DNA from: Octopus sinensis
Lineage: Eukaryota
Assembly (NCBI RefSeq): GCF_006345805.1
Contig: NC_043000.1
Location: 75,516,001-75,580,000 of the forward strand
Reading direction: 5' to 3'
DNA: 64,000 bases
Shown in pieces: positions 35,001-45,883 of the stretch. The position numbers were made by a program, and so were the translations under genes. Within the stretch, counting starts at the first letter, position 1. Each line of letters opens with the position of its first letter. The notes beneath the pieces are model-generated. The model saw only the letters and a list, made by a program, of their open reading frames with translations. It did not search any database and was not told the origin of the DNA.

Positions 35001-37352
35001 ATTGTTATTCAAAACTACAAGAGAATTATTAGCTGATGAAGATATGTAAGGGATTTCACCTGGTATTAAGCCCAAAGGTCTCTCCTGTATTTTATTTGCT
35101 TCAGTTTCACAATTATCTTTGGAGACAGGGAATGAGTTTTTTCTATGAGATGAAGCTATATGTTGGTCTAAGCCAGCCTGATCTGTAAATGTCTCATTAC
35201 AAACTCTACACTGACTGTCTTTAATACTAGCTGTCCCAGAATTATTGCAGTTTATTTCAGGTGTGTGATTATTATGACTATTGCTTTGACTTAATAAATC
35301 AGGTAGATTGTCATGTGATAATATATGTGTTATGAAACTATTAGGTTCTGAAAATTCATTCCCACATGTACATTCAGTTAGAGACTGAAGTTTTTCAACC
35401 TGGTTGCCAGAATATACCTCATTCTTGTCACACTTATCCTTTGATTCAGTAGCAGCTTCATTCATATGTGTATTCATATGCCGGTTTCTGTTGCATTTCT
35501 GACTGAATTTTTTGTCACAATAGAGGCACTGAAATGGCATTTCTCCTGTATGAGTTCTCATATGGACATCAAGATGAGGTACTTGTTTAAAGCTTTTGTT
35601 ACAGTAGTCACATTTATAAGGCATCTCTCCAGTATGAACCCGTCTGTGGACAGCTAATGATGAGCTGCTTTTAAAATCTTTATGACAGAATTCACAAACA
35701 GTAACTCCCTTATGACACTGCATGTGCCTTTGAAGTTCAATGTTAGTGACAAACTCTTTTGTGCACATTTTGCAAATAAATGATGAATGGTTCCTTGATG
35801 AAGTATTGGAATTTAACAATTCACTTGAAGCTGACATGCATGTGTTGTCATTACATATTGTTTGGGCTGAGAGTTTACTTCTGGAGTTGTTATACTTCTG
35901 AATATTTGTTGCCTCCGCTGTTTGATTCTCTACAGCCTCTCTACTGGTGTTATCACTTAAAACAAACTGTTCTGTAGTCTTCTGAAAAGGATATGGTTCT
36001 GTATTTTGCCGGAATGAGGAAGAGTGAGTAGCTGCACAAGTACAATCTTTGATGGGGCTCTGGCAAAACTCACAAATAGCTAGATTACTTTTATCACTAT
36101 AAACATTGTCTGCATCAATATTAACAAACTGTTTGTAGTTTATATTAATTCTGACTCCCTCATGATCAAGCAAAGTTTCAAATTCACAACCAATAATACT
36201 GTTTGTGTGACATACTTCTCTGGTTGATGGCAGTAGTGTATTTACTTTACCAGTATCTCCTTCTTTGTTTAAAAAGTGAGTACGCTCATGGCGATTTTTG
36301 TTGCCTTTCTGTGAGAATCCTTTATCACAGTATTGACACTTAAAAGGAGTTTCCTTACTATGCACCCTTAAATGGGCATCCAAATGGGCACTCTGTTTGA
36401 ACCTTTGGTTACAGATATGACAGATATATGGGCTTTCTCCTGTATGTGTTCTGTAGTGCACTTGTAATGCTGATTTGCTGTTAAGAGTTTTGTTGCATAA
36501 GTGACATATATGAGATGTTTGTGGTGTCCGTTGTACAATCAAATCATTAGATCTGCTTTGATCTGTTGAAATGGAAGGTGTCAAAGAAGATTCTTTCACA
36601 TCAGAAACAGTGAAACTCTGAGATGTGTTAGGAACACTGGAAGTATGAATTGGGGATGTGGCTGCGTTTGGGTCAAAGTTTATTCCAGATATAGTAGGAT
36701 TTTGTTCTATGTTACCGTTTAAGTGGATTAACTCATGTCTGTTTCTGTTGTTCTTCTGGTTAAAAGATTTATTACAATAATTACATTTAAATGGTGTTTC
36801 TCCAGTATGAATTCTCATATGGACATCTAAGTGTGCAGTCTGCCGAAAGTTCTTGCCACAAAACTCACAGGAATAAGGAGATTCACCAGTGTGACTGCGG
36901 TTATGAATCAGCAAAGCTGAGTTTGTTTTAAATGTTTTGTGACAGAATTCGCAGGTAAAATTCTGTGACATCTTTACAGTATTTATATTAGAATTATCTG
37001 TCAGTGATTGATAAATCTTTTGAGGAAAACCTGTGTCTAATATGGCTTGTGAAGTAGTATTAGTTAAATGGGTACACCTGTGTTGCATGAGGCTGCTCTT
37101 TTGTGAAAAATTGGTACTACAGAATTCACATAAAAACACTCCATTTGTAGAATGATGAACAGAAAACATGTGTTGTTCCAAGGAAGAATTGCTGTCAAAG
37201 ATTTTGCTACAGATCTCACATTTGAAAATATTTTGTGAATTGTGACGTGACCTAAGGCTGTAACATCCCTTGTCAGATATCTGATTGACATTAAGCGAAC
37301 CATTATTACCAGATAATGGCAGCTGGTTCTCTTTGGAACTGGAGAACATCAT
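29010..37352 (-). CDS. Giant C2H2 zinc-finger protein, 2,780 aa, about 47 fingers in clusters and singletons, CDS in one exon
   Basis: Uninterrupted 8.3-kb ORF in a background of decayed repeats. Repeated CxxC-x12-HxxxH with TGE(T/S/M/K)P(Y/F) linkers. An in-frame TAA lies shortly upstream of the ATG (5 intervening codons). Confidence 0.97.
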   Translation of the reverse strand: MMFSSSKENQLPLSGNNGSLNVNQISDKGCYSLRSRHNSQNIFKCEICSKIFDSNSSLEQHMFSVHHSTNGVFLCEFCSTNFSQKSSLMQHRCTHLTNTTSQAILDTGFPQKIYQSLTDNSNINTVKMSQNFTCEFCHKTFKTNSALLIHNRSHTGESPYSCEFCGKNFRQTAHLDVHMRIHTGETPFKCNYCNKSFNQKNNRNRHELIHLNGNIEQNPTISGINFDPNAATSPIHTSSVPNTSQSFTVSDVKESSLTPSISTDQSRSNDLIVQRTPQTSHICHLCNKTLNSKSALQVHYRTHTGESPYICHICNQRFKQSAHLDAHLRVHSKETPFKCQYCDKGFSQKGNKNRHERTHFLNKEGDTGKVNTLLPSTREVCHTNSIIGCEFETLLDHEGVRININYKQFVNIDADNVYSDKSNLAICEFCQSPIKDCTCAATHSSSFRQNTEPYPFQKTTEQFVLSDNTSREAVENQTAEATNIQKYNNSRSKLSAQTICNDNTCMSASSELLNSNTSSRNHSSFICKMCTKEFVTNIELQRHMQCHKGVTVCEFCHKDFKSSSSLAVHRRVHTGEMPYKCDYCNKSFKQVPHLDVHMRTHTGEMPFQCLYCDKKFSQKCNRNRHMNTHMNEAATESKDKCDKNEVYSGNQVEKLQSLTECTCGNEFSEPNSFITHILSHDNLPDLLSQSNSHNNHTPEINCNNSGTASIKDSQCRVCNETFTDQAGLDQHIASSHRKNSFPVSKDNCETEANKIQERPLGLIPGEIPYISSSANNSLVVLNNNMSTLGHLGNESSKSFQPNNCNIEVQSRSQSGELLYEAGYIENSQNKESKTNNWIEAASLKTSEHSISTNFVSSDMSYTPVERLGTHDCQICNSKFTNYTSFMDHQNSHNNCIEMMRKSQSASDEFIHNNSNFSDRGVFKCELCGKFFPDIASLHYHQQVKHSQEVIARNNFNQPRSCHQLENGDFEERDNSFTSSPSNKGHLITGSTNITSSNKEDLAGINNKLFSCKTCNFHFNSRQDLIKHKLCHTVSTNHSVKCNQDMTAALTPSNTCAAVADQMNKSDSPLVSTNSNICEFCKKDFRNHSALVIHRRIHTGEMPFQCEYCHRGFRQVAHLDVHLRIHTGETPYKCAFCSKKFSQNCNRIRHQKIHLQPQNLDGSYEQSASHQAGDHIYNCEFCISKFSNYEEFLDHLNCHNTPCLQDGQPEEYKKKRKLQSVSQSFYSENGTPEDWNCCERGLTGSNNKCKQCNPHSVNAGECNLQMGSNCDKTPLNGCSVSDCENNGGYFVKNCQNSLKVIGNNECELCSVQFVNKDELNVHQVSHHMDQPSTMFSNRNSTHCQSSMNLLKDSAGQGPSEKSCEFCQKTFNSTSALITHRRVHTGETPYKCSFCQKSFKQAAHRDVHMRIHTGETPYKCQYCDRSFSQNNNRLRHEKTHQLDNNTTTQSNENSPRAELQNDSNGATGSSAEQNGALCFTCPVCGALFENGLDLTDHQTICFAANDKLAHNDVDVPNCSVSLVLETDSFPNDDLQHIPSLSSDNNYSLKEADKSSYSDKNVSQPSEIFFSCHFCGIKFRTESVLNKHQKLCKGSSRLVPVATDDIGLITTVMSEDGSSHFTLKNNVEPSKAKQHDATVDLFPCNICGEEFTLAIHLNCHMATHSEQKEFTDHVTKQNKPRALSINLEEPSLHMTVEEFGNCSEDEGLATPQPDCSGHLENGEDSDNVAEREDNDEEQKDSSKQTHFKYKKNSQILDFENLIKKEILLEDYENPLHQLKKTFITKDSSKDTENPCGIDTAMETTSTCLPDADRTGYFCHQCNIEFTNEEKLHQHRISVHEEAKENYEVVTGAELLSTLCNRGDGNLLLDQHICEFCEKGFNSSSALHVHRRIHTGESPYKCHLCNRRFKQNIHLNVHLRTHTGETPYHCQFCDKKFTQNSNRIRHQRMHLADITTVDSSAVVDNITPSENNVSLEPNSDSRNRDSSDDHELMTNSEQQWKDKKPLYYNQLFEKERKSSVLNIIPLEYHPPNEPKIEVNNSDLTGSIYMGDSQQMSVLKEEIDAGDDKKLPVNTNNKQPADKEGSQSEVNLSFPKDSKYYLRNSHFRCDFCSRQFRSKSALIIHRRVHTGEKPYQCTYCLKSFKQVAHLETHSRIHTGETPFKCNYCRRSFSQKSNCDRHHRIHVAWKKRMKARAKAAAKTVHLCTICDGRFANASALSKHKCSKVISLEEAGGNTDNVLSSIPYSCNICGKNYINKGYFERHKQSHTLNTTSEKDATSVTEKAFYLCEICQQNFTDKTQYTEHVFQHISETPCDQEASSYTSTDDVPVDHIREVCYLCEQCKKEFYNKEDFYSHSCSSTFDSGNKERYEEHDSKSFENSCNDDEIFTTTLLDQDLSRETEVSGFSEQNGNNSGLSVCEFCNKTFKSLSSLLIHRRVHTGETPFKCPYCKRQFKQIAHLDVHLRTHTGETPFKCQFCDKSFTQNSNKNRHEKVHLSSETAAQLELSSSQIFSKNSVNSAVTTSEKPCQSYCCDICFAMFSTENDLNEHTQTHQDTSYDLGTTLLDLNQNSNKRHHQGENAESNQNQVPHGKSKRLSDTKKRCIMEVKGFLANEQELKPEVFNQNRLDDQSMTYDNFGENISCHQCEMCDKIFQTNDALVEHKFSEHITSASNQDIDDCNSKIIGSQKSVSANFDNGLQKHVCEYCNKDCKSFSSLLTHRRVHTGETPYKCSYCERSFKQSAHLDVHMRTHTGETPYKCKFCDKAFSQNSNKNRHERLHLIQTAT

Positions 37353-37435
37353 CTTATCAGAAGAAGCTTAGTTAAGCTTGCAACAAAATCCTGAGCTGCA
37401 AGTAACATACATGGACACTTCACTATTGGTGCCAT
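37349..37435 (-). promoter_or_regulatory. 28-codon upstream ORF whose TGA overlaps the main ATG
   Basis: ATG GCA CCA ... ATA AGA TGA (MAPIVKCPCMLLAAQDFVASLTKLLLIR*); junction ...ataagATGAtg. Confidence 0.5.
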
Positions 37436-37521
37436 GTATATTTCTGTAAAGTATAACATCCAATCAGAATGAGTCCAACTCAGGTAAAGTACAACAGGAA
37501 TGGTCAAATTTGCAGGAAAAT

Positions 37522-37550
37522 CTGTAAAATAACAGGAAATAAAATCAATA
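37522..37550 (-). promoter_or_regulatory. Probable splice acceptor of the zinc-finger exon (alternative AG at 37444-37445)
   Basis: Minus strand ttttatttcctgttattttacAG, a pyrimidine tract followed by CAG. Confidence 0.5.
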
Positions 37551-38399
37551 ACTTAAAAAGTAAGATTTCAATTTCAGTTCTTTTCATTTTTTAAAATATT
37601 TTTTTACAATGGTGGTGATTTTAATTACAGTTAGAATATCTTTCATCATAGATCTCAATCAGAGCTGACCTGGGATTAAATAATAACAATATAGTAAAAG
37701 GGTCATAGACATCCCCTACTGAACAAACTGTACTTTACATATACCACTGATTGTCCAGTGGAACCCAGAATAAATTGGAGCATAAAATAATACGATAGAG
37801 TTGTAGGTTCTCTTGAGCATTTTCAAATTTCTACATCCATACTAATCTGCTTGTTTTATGTTGGCAACTTCTTTATACACACCCCAAAGGTCCCAAACAA
37901 TGGCATAAAAACATGACAAAACTTAAGTACATGTTCATTAGATGCACAAATTTAAATGGTAAACTATTTCTCAGAAATCTCTGCTCACCTCCATTGAAGT
38001 ACCTCTTCATTTTGAATATGACCTTTTTAGGTAATGACCATCACTTTTCTCTGTTAAATATACATAGTGTTTGAGAATTCCCAGTCCAAATCTTGAACTC
38101 TGTCAGTCAAACTGAAAAGAACTGCTCTCACTCTGTAATTGAGTGGTTACAGATGGGAGAAAGGATTTACTTATAAATCAAAAGTACTCCTCCAATATAT
38201 GATTGCAACCCTAACATGTCTTACATAGAAAACATCTGCAAATAAACATCAAGCCATGCAGTGTTATATGTTTTAATTTCTAGATTATTATAGAATTTCT
38301 AGATTATTATAGAATTACAACCAGTTAGGTTAATTACTGGTAGAATGATTAATTATGTGTGGTTTTTAATGACATAAAAAGGTGGTGACCTTTTCCAGA

Positions 38400-39660
38400 G
38401 CCACCAACATGTCATGTCCAGTTCATCACCAACTGTCCCTTATTTGCAAAGAACCATAATACAAGGTCTACAAAATCCCTCCAATGAGTTACAGCATATT
38501 CAGCAGCATTAATTCTAAGTTCCCATAGAAATAAGTTACATGCATTCATTCACCACAATGCAGTTTCAGAGTCTCTTCAAATACTCTTTACATGATAATT
38601 CAAGTTGTGCAATAGGATTTCCAAGTACTATACATGAACTTCCTGAAGCAAACTCAGAACACCCAACATCATACCCAGTCATCACTACATCAGTACATTT
38701 TTACATCTCTGGCTTCAAATAAACATGAATTGAAATAAGTGTTAAAATTTCCAATTTCACAGATACCAATTTGAATTTTTTATTGTATTTCTCTTTCATA
38801 TATAAAATGTGTTTTTAATAAATTTTGTAAGGCTAAGACTGTGTTAATACAAGGCATGAGAAGTATGTGAAGACATTTTTGGTAATTTGATAAAACAACT
38901 CTAATCTAGTACAAATCAAATGTATTTCGAAAAAATTTATGCACAAGTTCTCAACAAGCTTTTTCATAAGATTATTCTATGAATCCACCTTCAACTTCAA
39001 TGACTGCTTCAATGAAGGATTAGAATTGTTGATATGTCTGCACCAAACGGTCCTAATTCATTTTGGACATCAGCTGGACAATGCTAGTATTCAATGAAGT
39101 ATTGTGAAGATGTTGATTAGTTTCCCATTCAAAAATACTCCAAATGCAGTAGTCTATGGAAATGAAATCTGGTGAGTTTGGAGGCTACAAAATCATAAAT
39201 GTTGTCTGACATCCATTCTTGGGTTATGCAGGTATTGTGAAAAGGCACCGAGTCTTGTTGAAACACATATGGCCTTCCACTGTGTACTTCATCCATCTTG
39301 GTCTTAACAACTGTCTCAAGCACCTCAGCATATTCAGCAGCATTAATTTTAAGACCCTGGAAACTAAGTGCGCATCACACTGGGGATATCAGAATGATCT
39401 GCATATAACCATCTGTTATTTTAGTTAGACATATGGTCTTGGTCAAAGTATGCCATGTCTGTGATAGCTTTTAACTTTCTTAAGTAAGTACTTAGCATAG
39501 GTCAAACGGTTTCCCTGTGACTTTGCAAACATGAATTGGCCTTTCCTCAGTACATGACTTATATTGAATGTCCTTGTGCACCACACTTTTGATAGTTCAC
39601 TCCAAAGTTTTTTGGCAATGGCCCTCATTGATTTTCCAGAGTCATCTATACTATAATGGA
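38400..39660 (-). mobile_element. Degenerate mariner/maT-like transposase, central and C-terminal part
   Basis: IDDSGKSMRAIAKKL; LETVVKTKMDEVHSGRPYVFQQDSVPFHN. Confidence 0.7.
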
Positions 39661-40224
39661 GAAAGCTGCTTATTAATCAGGTATGTAAAAATTACTAAAA
39701 GAAAGCAATTATTAAAGAGTTGACTGCCTGGAAATATTTTTATAAATTCATGTTCTAAAAAATTTCCTATGATTTTGATTTCTCAAGTTCATCGAATTTT
39801 TTAAACACCAATTTCTTGCAAATTTAAATATTTACTGCGTCCAATTCTTCATGAATTTAAATATTCATTCCATTCACTGCAGAGTATTCCATTTTTATTT
39901 GCTAAGTCTCACTTTCTCTTTTAAGTTTTAATTCGCTATTAATGTATATGTAATGTAAAAACATTATTTATTGAATGACAATTTTTAAAAATACCTGTAT
40001 AATTTTTGAACACCAGATAGCTGTGAGAAGAGCCTAGAATGTTGGGTAATTACTATTAGAAGACAAGGAAAAAAAACAAAGAGTTACTGACAAGCACTCG
40101 AAACTTGCACCTTATTCACAGTTTCCAAACACAACTTCAACAGTGACACACACACCAATACACACTCAAGCACACATTTAGATACACATACACACAAATG
40201 AAAGGTAATGTGTGTGTGTGTGTG

Positions 40225-40282
40225 CTGTTCACTGACAAAACTTTGTGCTGCATCACTTTTGTGAAGTTTTGTCAGTGAACAG
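40225..40282. other. Hairpin with a perfect 19-bp stem and 20-nt loop
   Basis: CTGTTCACTGACAAAACTT / AAGTTTTGTCAGTGAACAG. Confidence 0.85.
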
Positions 40283-41569
40283 GTTGCAGTTTCAAAGCGC
40301 CAAAAATATTTTGACACATATGAAGTTTTAATGTTGAAGTGAAACTAATGGTATTTGTGTTCTTGAATGGTTTACAAACATCTTCCATGCTGCAATTGTT
40401 TTTGTTTCAGCACTTGATCTCAGATCAAATCACTTGCTATGCAGGTACATCTCTGTAATTTTTTTATATCACTGTTGATAAATGCCAGCAATGACCTCAA
40501 GCTCTCCAATATTTTAATTTTTAAACAGAAACAATCAGGGGCAGGGATTGAGGTTGTAAAAAATTCATAATTTCTCAAATTTTCTTTTTTATACCATGTA
40601 AATATATTTATGGGGAAAAAATATTGAAAAACATCAGTACATGTGAGAGTGATAAAGAAATGAGGAGAGTTGTCTTTGGATGTGCTACAAACAACAGCCA
40701 AATTACCCTTAAATCACTTTTCCCTCTGAAAATATTAAAAAATTTTTAATACTGAAAATGCTTTTCCCATAGTTTTGAAGTGAAAAAAAAATTGGCCAAA
40801 ATAGGTCTGGACTGAGATGATGAGGGAGGGGGAGTGTAAAAAAAAAGAGTTTTCAAAACATTTTCATACAAAGATGCCCCCCCCCCCACACACACACAAC
40901 CCCATCATTTTGAAGGCTGGGGAAAATCCCTGAAAAACTTTTCCCCACAAATTTCTTTATAATCATAATCTATGCCGTTTGAAAGGGATTTGTATAAATT
41001 TTCATTAAAAGATATGCATCTTCCTGAAAGTTATGAGGGGAAAAAATCAGATTGTGTGAATTTTCTGAAACTCCTCTCTCAACCCCCTCGCAAAAATTCT
41101 TTCCATAAATCCCTATATATTCTGAAGCCACAATATCTATGTGGTATTTGTAGAAAATTTTGTTAAAAGTATTCATTTTTCAGGATGTTATGAGGCAATA
41201 AAGTTGGGGACATATACATCTGTAGTAATGCCCTTTTACTTATACAATTTTTTTCATTTCATTGTTTGCAATGTTCTCTCTCTCTCTCACACACATACAC
41301 ACACACACATTGCAAAGCTTACAGACAGGCTGCTGAATTGAAATCTCTATGTTGCTTTGAGGGGAAGGTAAAAACTTGATAAACTGCTTCTCCCTTTGTT
41401 GTAGGACTACCGTGATGTTTGTTTAAAAATGAGAAATTATGACTGTGATAAAATAATGAAAGCAATATTTACTAAGCAAGTGAGCATTATCATACAAAGA
41501 AATAATTAGACGTAAAATATGAAAATTATTAGCAATTGGAATCAAATGTGAAAATATTATCAAGGAGTG

Positions 41570-41830
41570 GTCTTTCTACTAGTCATCAATAATATTTTGA
41601 ACCTGATGGATGAAATGCAGTGTCCTGATAACATACAAATGTTTCTTTTCACTTTAATATACTTGAAACATTCTAGCCAGAAGCTTCCAATTCCACCTGT
41701 ACAATAAAATCTTGCAAAATTTAGAAAGTTGATAATTTCTAAATTGCTCATTCCATACATGGCAGAAATAACTACATGCCTTTTCAGTTCTTGTGTTAGC
41801 ATTTTATCTACCATGGCAGATCAGGAAGAA
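41570..41830 (-). mobile_element. N-terminal part of a mariner/maT-like transposase
   Basis: LTQELKRHVVISAM...SNLEIINFLNFAR; ...HQVQNIIDD. Confidence 0.55.
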
Positions 41831-42619
41831 GAAAGTAATGTACTGATAATTAAGTGTCCCCAAATACCCCTTGCAACTTGTATTAAAAAATTCTTTAATC
41901 TTGAAAAAAGGTTTTATCTACTCAACTAAAATGGACATATTTGGTAGTAGGTAGTGACTTAAATTGTTACTATAGGGTATAATACAGACAAACTTTGACC
42001 AGATTTCTTGAGATGTTGAAGGACAGTTTGAAGCTTCATGAGAGGGTCTGATCATGAGGTCAGCATATCAGGTGCCAATGAAGCATTTCCACAGCCTTAT
42101 GGAACCTGATCAACAAGAGGAAGGAAGTAAAAACCCATAAGGAGAAAGTGATTAATGTGTGCACATGGAAACAAGACAATACATACATAAGTGTGTGATA
42201 AAGAGTTGTAGGTGAAACAAGAAGATATGGTTCAAAGAGAAGGGTGATGAGAAAAAGAGCTGACTGGAATAAATAATTCATGTGGCCAATTAAGGGTAAA
42301 TGTGGTCAAATGGTAGTAATGAGAGGAACAATCAGTCATAATGGTGGAACGTTTTCAAGAAGAGCTGACCTGGTCAAACTCAGTGGACCTGTTCAACTTC
42401 AACAAAGAGAAGCCTTTGGTGGATCATCTGTAGGTGAAGTGACAAATGAGGACATGTCAATAGAGGCTGTTCAAAACCGCTTTACCTGAAGAACAACAAA
42501 GTAGTAGAGCTAGATGAGGTAACAGTGAAACTGCTTAAGCAGAGAGAAAGTGATGGAAGGATGGATGAAGGGAGAGAAGGAAGAAAAACATGGTTGGAAG
42601 GATTGAAGAAAGTGAATGA

Positions 42620-45600
42620 ACAGATGGATAGAGCAATAATAATCAGGGTGTGTGATAGAATAACCAAGTTCAAGTTAGTTATTGACAACAGTATGCACCA
42701 CACTGAGACCTGGCATATAAGCAGAACTATTTCTATGAGGCTATCTCAGTAATGAATGACAGCAACATCACTATTACAGCTGGTGACTTTAATAGACATG
42801 CTGCAATGCAAATGACCTAAGCATTTAGAATATTAACTTCAGAAAACAAGCCAGCCATATGACTGCCTATCAATTAAGTCAGATAGATTTCATTCTCTCC
42901 AATGGAGATAGCTGACTGATGCTGAATCTTTCCTAGGTAAAGAATGTACCAACCAACATGGGTTTATGATAACTGATTTCAGAACTAGAACTAGACAAAC
43001 CCAGACAAATAAGGCAGTTTGGAGAAAAGATATGGAAGTGATGGAAGTGCTTTGCCAAGCATCTGATGAGAAGGAAGAAGAAATAAAAACTCATAGAGAA
43101 AAACTGAGAATTCTATGGGACAACCTGCTGAAAACTACAGACTGGGTATGTGGTTGGAGCATGGCCTCAACCTCAGAAAAAAATGACATGATAGTGGAAT
43201 AATTTGTAGATAAGACTATAGATGATAGGCCTGGGTAAAAGAGAAGAAAGAGGATAGCCAAGAAAAATATCAAATAGCTAGAAGGGAAGCAAGATAACAG
43301 GTACATTTAGCAAGAGGAGAAGCAGAAAGAAGTGTATTCGAAACACAATGACAAGAGAGTGTACTATCTTGTTAACTTGATAAAGAGAAGTGTATATAGG
43401 CTGCTCTTAGTGACAATGAGAAGAAAGAGGCATGGAAGTGCTACTATGAGAGGCTGTTGAATATGGAGAACATGAGAAGAAAGTTTCCTTTGAATAGACC
43501 CAAGTTGACTGCAGTATTGGAGATAGGGTAACTGGCATAGCAGCATAACTTTAAACTGTTACAAAGGTAAAGGAGATGCACCAGAGGGGAGAATCAATAG
43601 AGACATCTAGTTGATAGACCAGGTCATGAAAGTTGCCGAAAAAATAATTGCAAAATTCATTTGGAACAGAAGTTGCCAAGAAGGTACCATGGATGCTGTT
43701 TCTCTAGAAACTGCAGAAGAATAGTTAAGAGTAAGCCTCTAAAGCTAGCATTTGTAAACCTGGAGAAAGCTTTTGACAGAATTTCTCACTCTGTTATCTG
43801 GAGTTCTCTAAGAGAGCTAGAAGTAAATGAATGGTTTGTGTATGCTGTGCAAACTATGTACAGTGATGTAGTAAATAAGGTGAGAATTAACAATGAGCAC
43901 TGTGACAGGTACAGAACCATCAAGGCTCAATCCTGAGCCCTTTCCTGTTTATTATAGCCATCCAAGTCATAACAGAGACTGGCTGTCTGTGGGTACACCT
44001 GTGTATACTGATGAATTTGTTCTTATAATATCAGAATTTATGGAAGACTGGAAGAAATTTTGAACATAAAAGCAAACTGGAATTGAAGGGTGTTAAAGTA
44101 AACTTAACCAATATTAAAGTTATGCAAAGTAGAAAAGGTGCCCTCAAGAAAATGGCCATATTTGGTTTGCAAAACGTGTTGGTAGAAATTCCATACAGTA
44201 CAGTATTGCCGATTTAGTGCTGTTTGCACTAGTTTTAGTGCTTTTTTACTATTTTCAGTGTGAAAATCTGAGTTACATGCTCACACAATTCAATGCTGAA
44301 GTTAGTGCTTTTACATAAAAGCAAAATCAGAATTTAATTTGGAATTTTCTGTTCAAAATTCAGGTAGAAAAATTTTGTTAGAAGAAAAACCATTTTTCTA
44401 CTCTTTTTCAATTAAATTGTTTCTGATGTTGAAAGAGTTAACAAAAGATTTGAAGCAGAAACACAAAACTCTGCTAAATTATTGAATGACCTTCAGCATC
44501 ACATTGATTTACTCAGCTCAATAATTATAACGCTAGGAAAAGAATGCTAAATGAAAATGATTCAGGGCAGGATTATTTAGATCTGAAGTCATATCTTGAT
44601 TCTCAGCTTAAAGAAGAAATCACAGAGTAAATTTACTGAGGAATAAGTAAATGAGATAAGAGGCTGATGTTAAAGTTTTGGAGCAAATTAAACAGCATGT
44701 TCCAGAGAAATTTTGATTTTTACGATCAGTGAGTTATTTTAGTGTAACAGAATGTTTCTAACCAATAAAACCTGGAATTACAAACTGTGCAATGCATGAA
44801 GATTCAGAGATTCTGATAAAATCTGACTTTCAGTGGAAAAATTTGTTTAAATGTATGATGGACACAAGTTTCAGACACAGTTTCTATCTAGATTGAAATA
44901 TCATTGTATAGTGATTCAACTGGGAAAAATCCATTAGAACATTTGTCTAAGTTAGCTTTAACACTTCTTATTTTACCACATATACATACTGATGTGAAAA
45001 GAATATTTAGCCATATGTATTTTATGAAATCAAGAGCATAATTGTCTAGGCATAAAAGCACGAAGAGAAATTTTAGGCATCAAATATGGACTTATACAAA
45101 GTGGTAGATGTTATTATGATTATAATCTACTTAGCAAACTGTTAAAGAAAATTGGATTCATGGATCCTTATTAAATTGTGTGAAACTGCAGCTTGTACAT
45201 CAAAAGAAATTGATAAGGAAAAGTTTGAAAATCTTATGGAGTAAAAATAAAAGTAATTCTAAGTGCAGGCATAACTGCATGGTAAAAAGTTTGCTTCCCC
45301 AGCATGAACACAGTCTAATAACTGAAACAAATAAAAGATAAAAGATGTAATTTCAATATCATTTAAATAACTAAAATTTTTTATACAAAGCTTTTGATAT
45401 TTATACCAATTTGTGGGGCCTTTTGCTTAGGTGTTTGGTACTTTTCACTTGTATTTAGTGCCTCTCAGCTACTGAAATAATGCTTTTAAAATTTTGAATT
45501 GACAACCTTGGTACAGGGTGCCCAGTAGAAGAACTCAAGGTATTGTGAAATCGCAGGTAGTCTAACAAGAAAAATAAAACTTTATATGTGGCAGGTGCTC

Positions 45601-45852
45601 AGAACCATTAAAGACAAAGAACATGCAGAAAATAGGTTCTCTCAACTGCTCAAAAGGCTTCCAAGATGTAGTCAGTAGTTTTTATTTCCTATTTGACCTA
45701 ATTAGTAAAGTGAGTGGATCCCCTGAAAGAATAATAGCCAGAGTAAGAACTGGGTGGTAAAAGTTCAGGAAGTAATAACTACTTCTGTTGACAATGTAGA
45801 GCCTGTCCCTCTCACTGAAGGGCAAATTGTAGGATGCTTGCAGACAGAATAC

Positions 45853-45883
<31 letters not shown>

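Noticed and set aside
29197-37303. Short alternative-frame and antisense ORFs within the ZNF CDS
   Set aside because: All are 60-139 aa and expected by chance over a long coding sequence.
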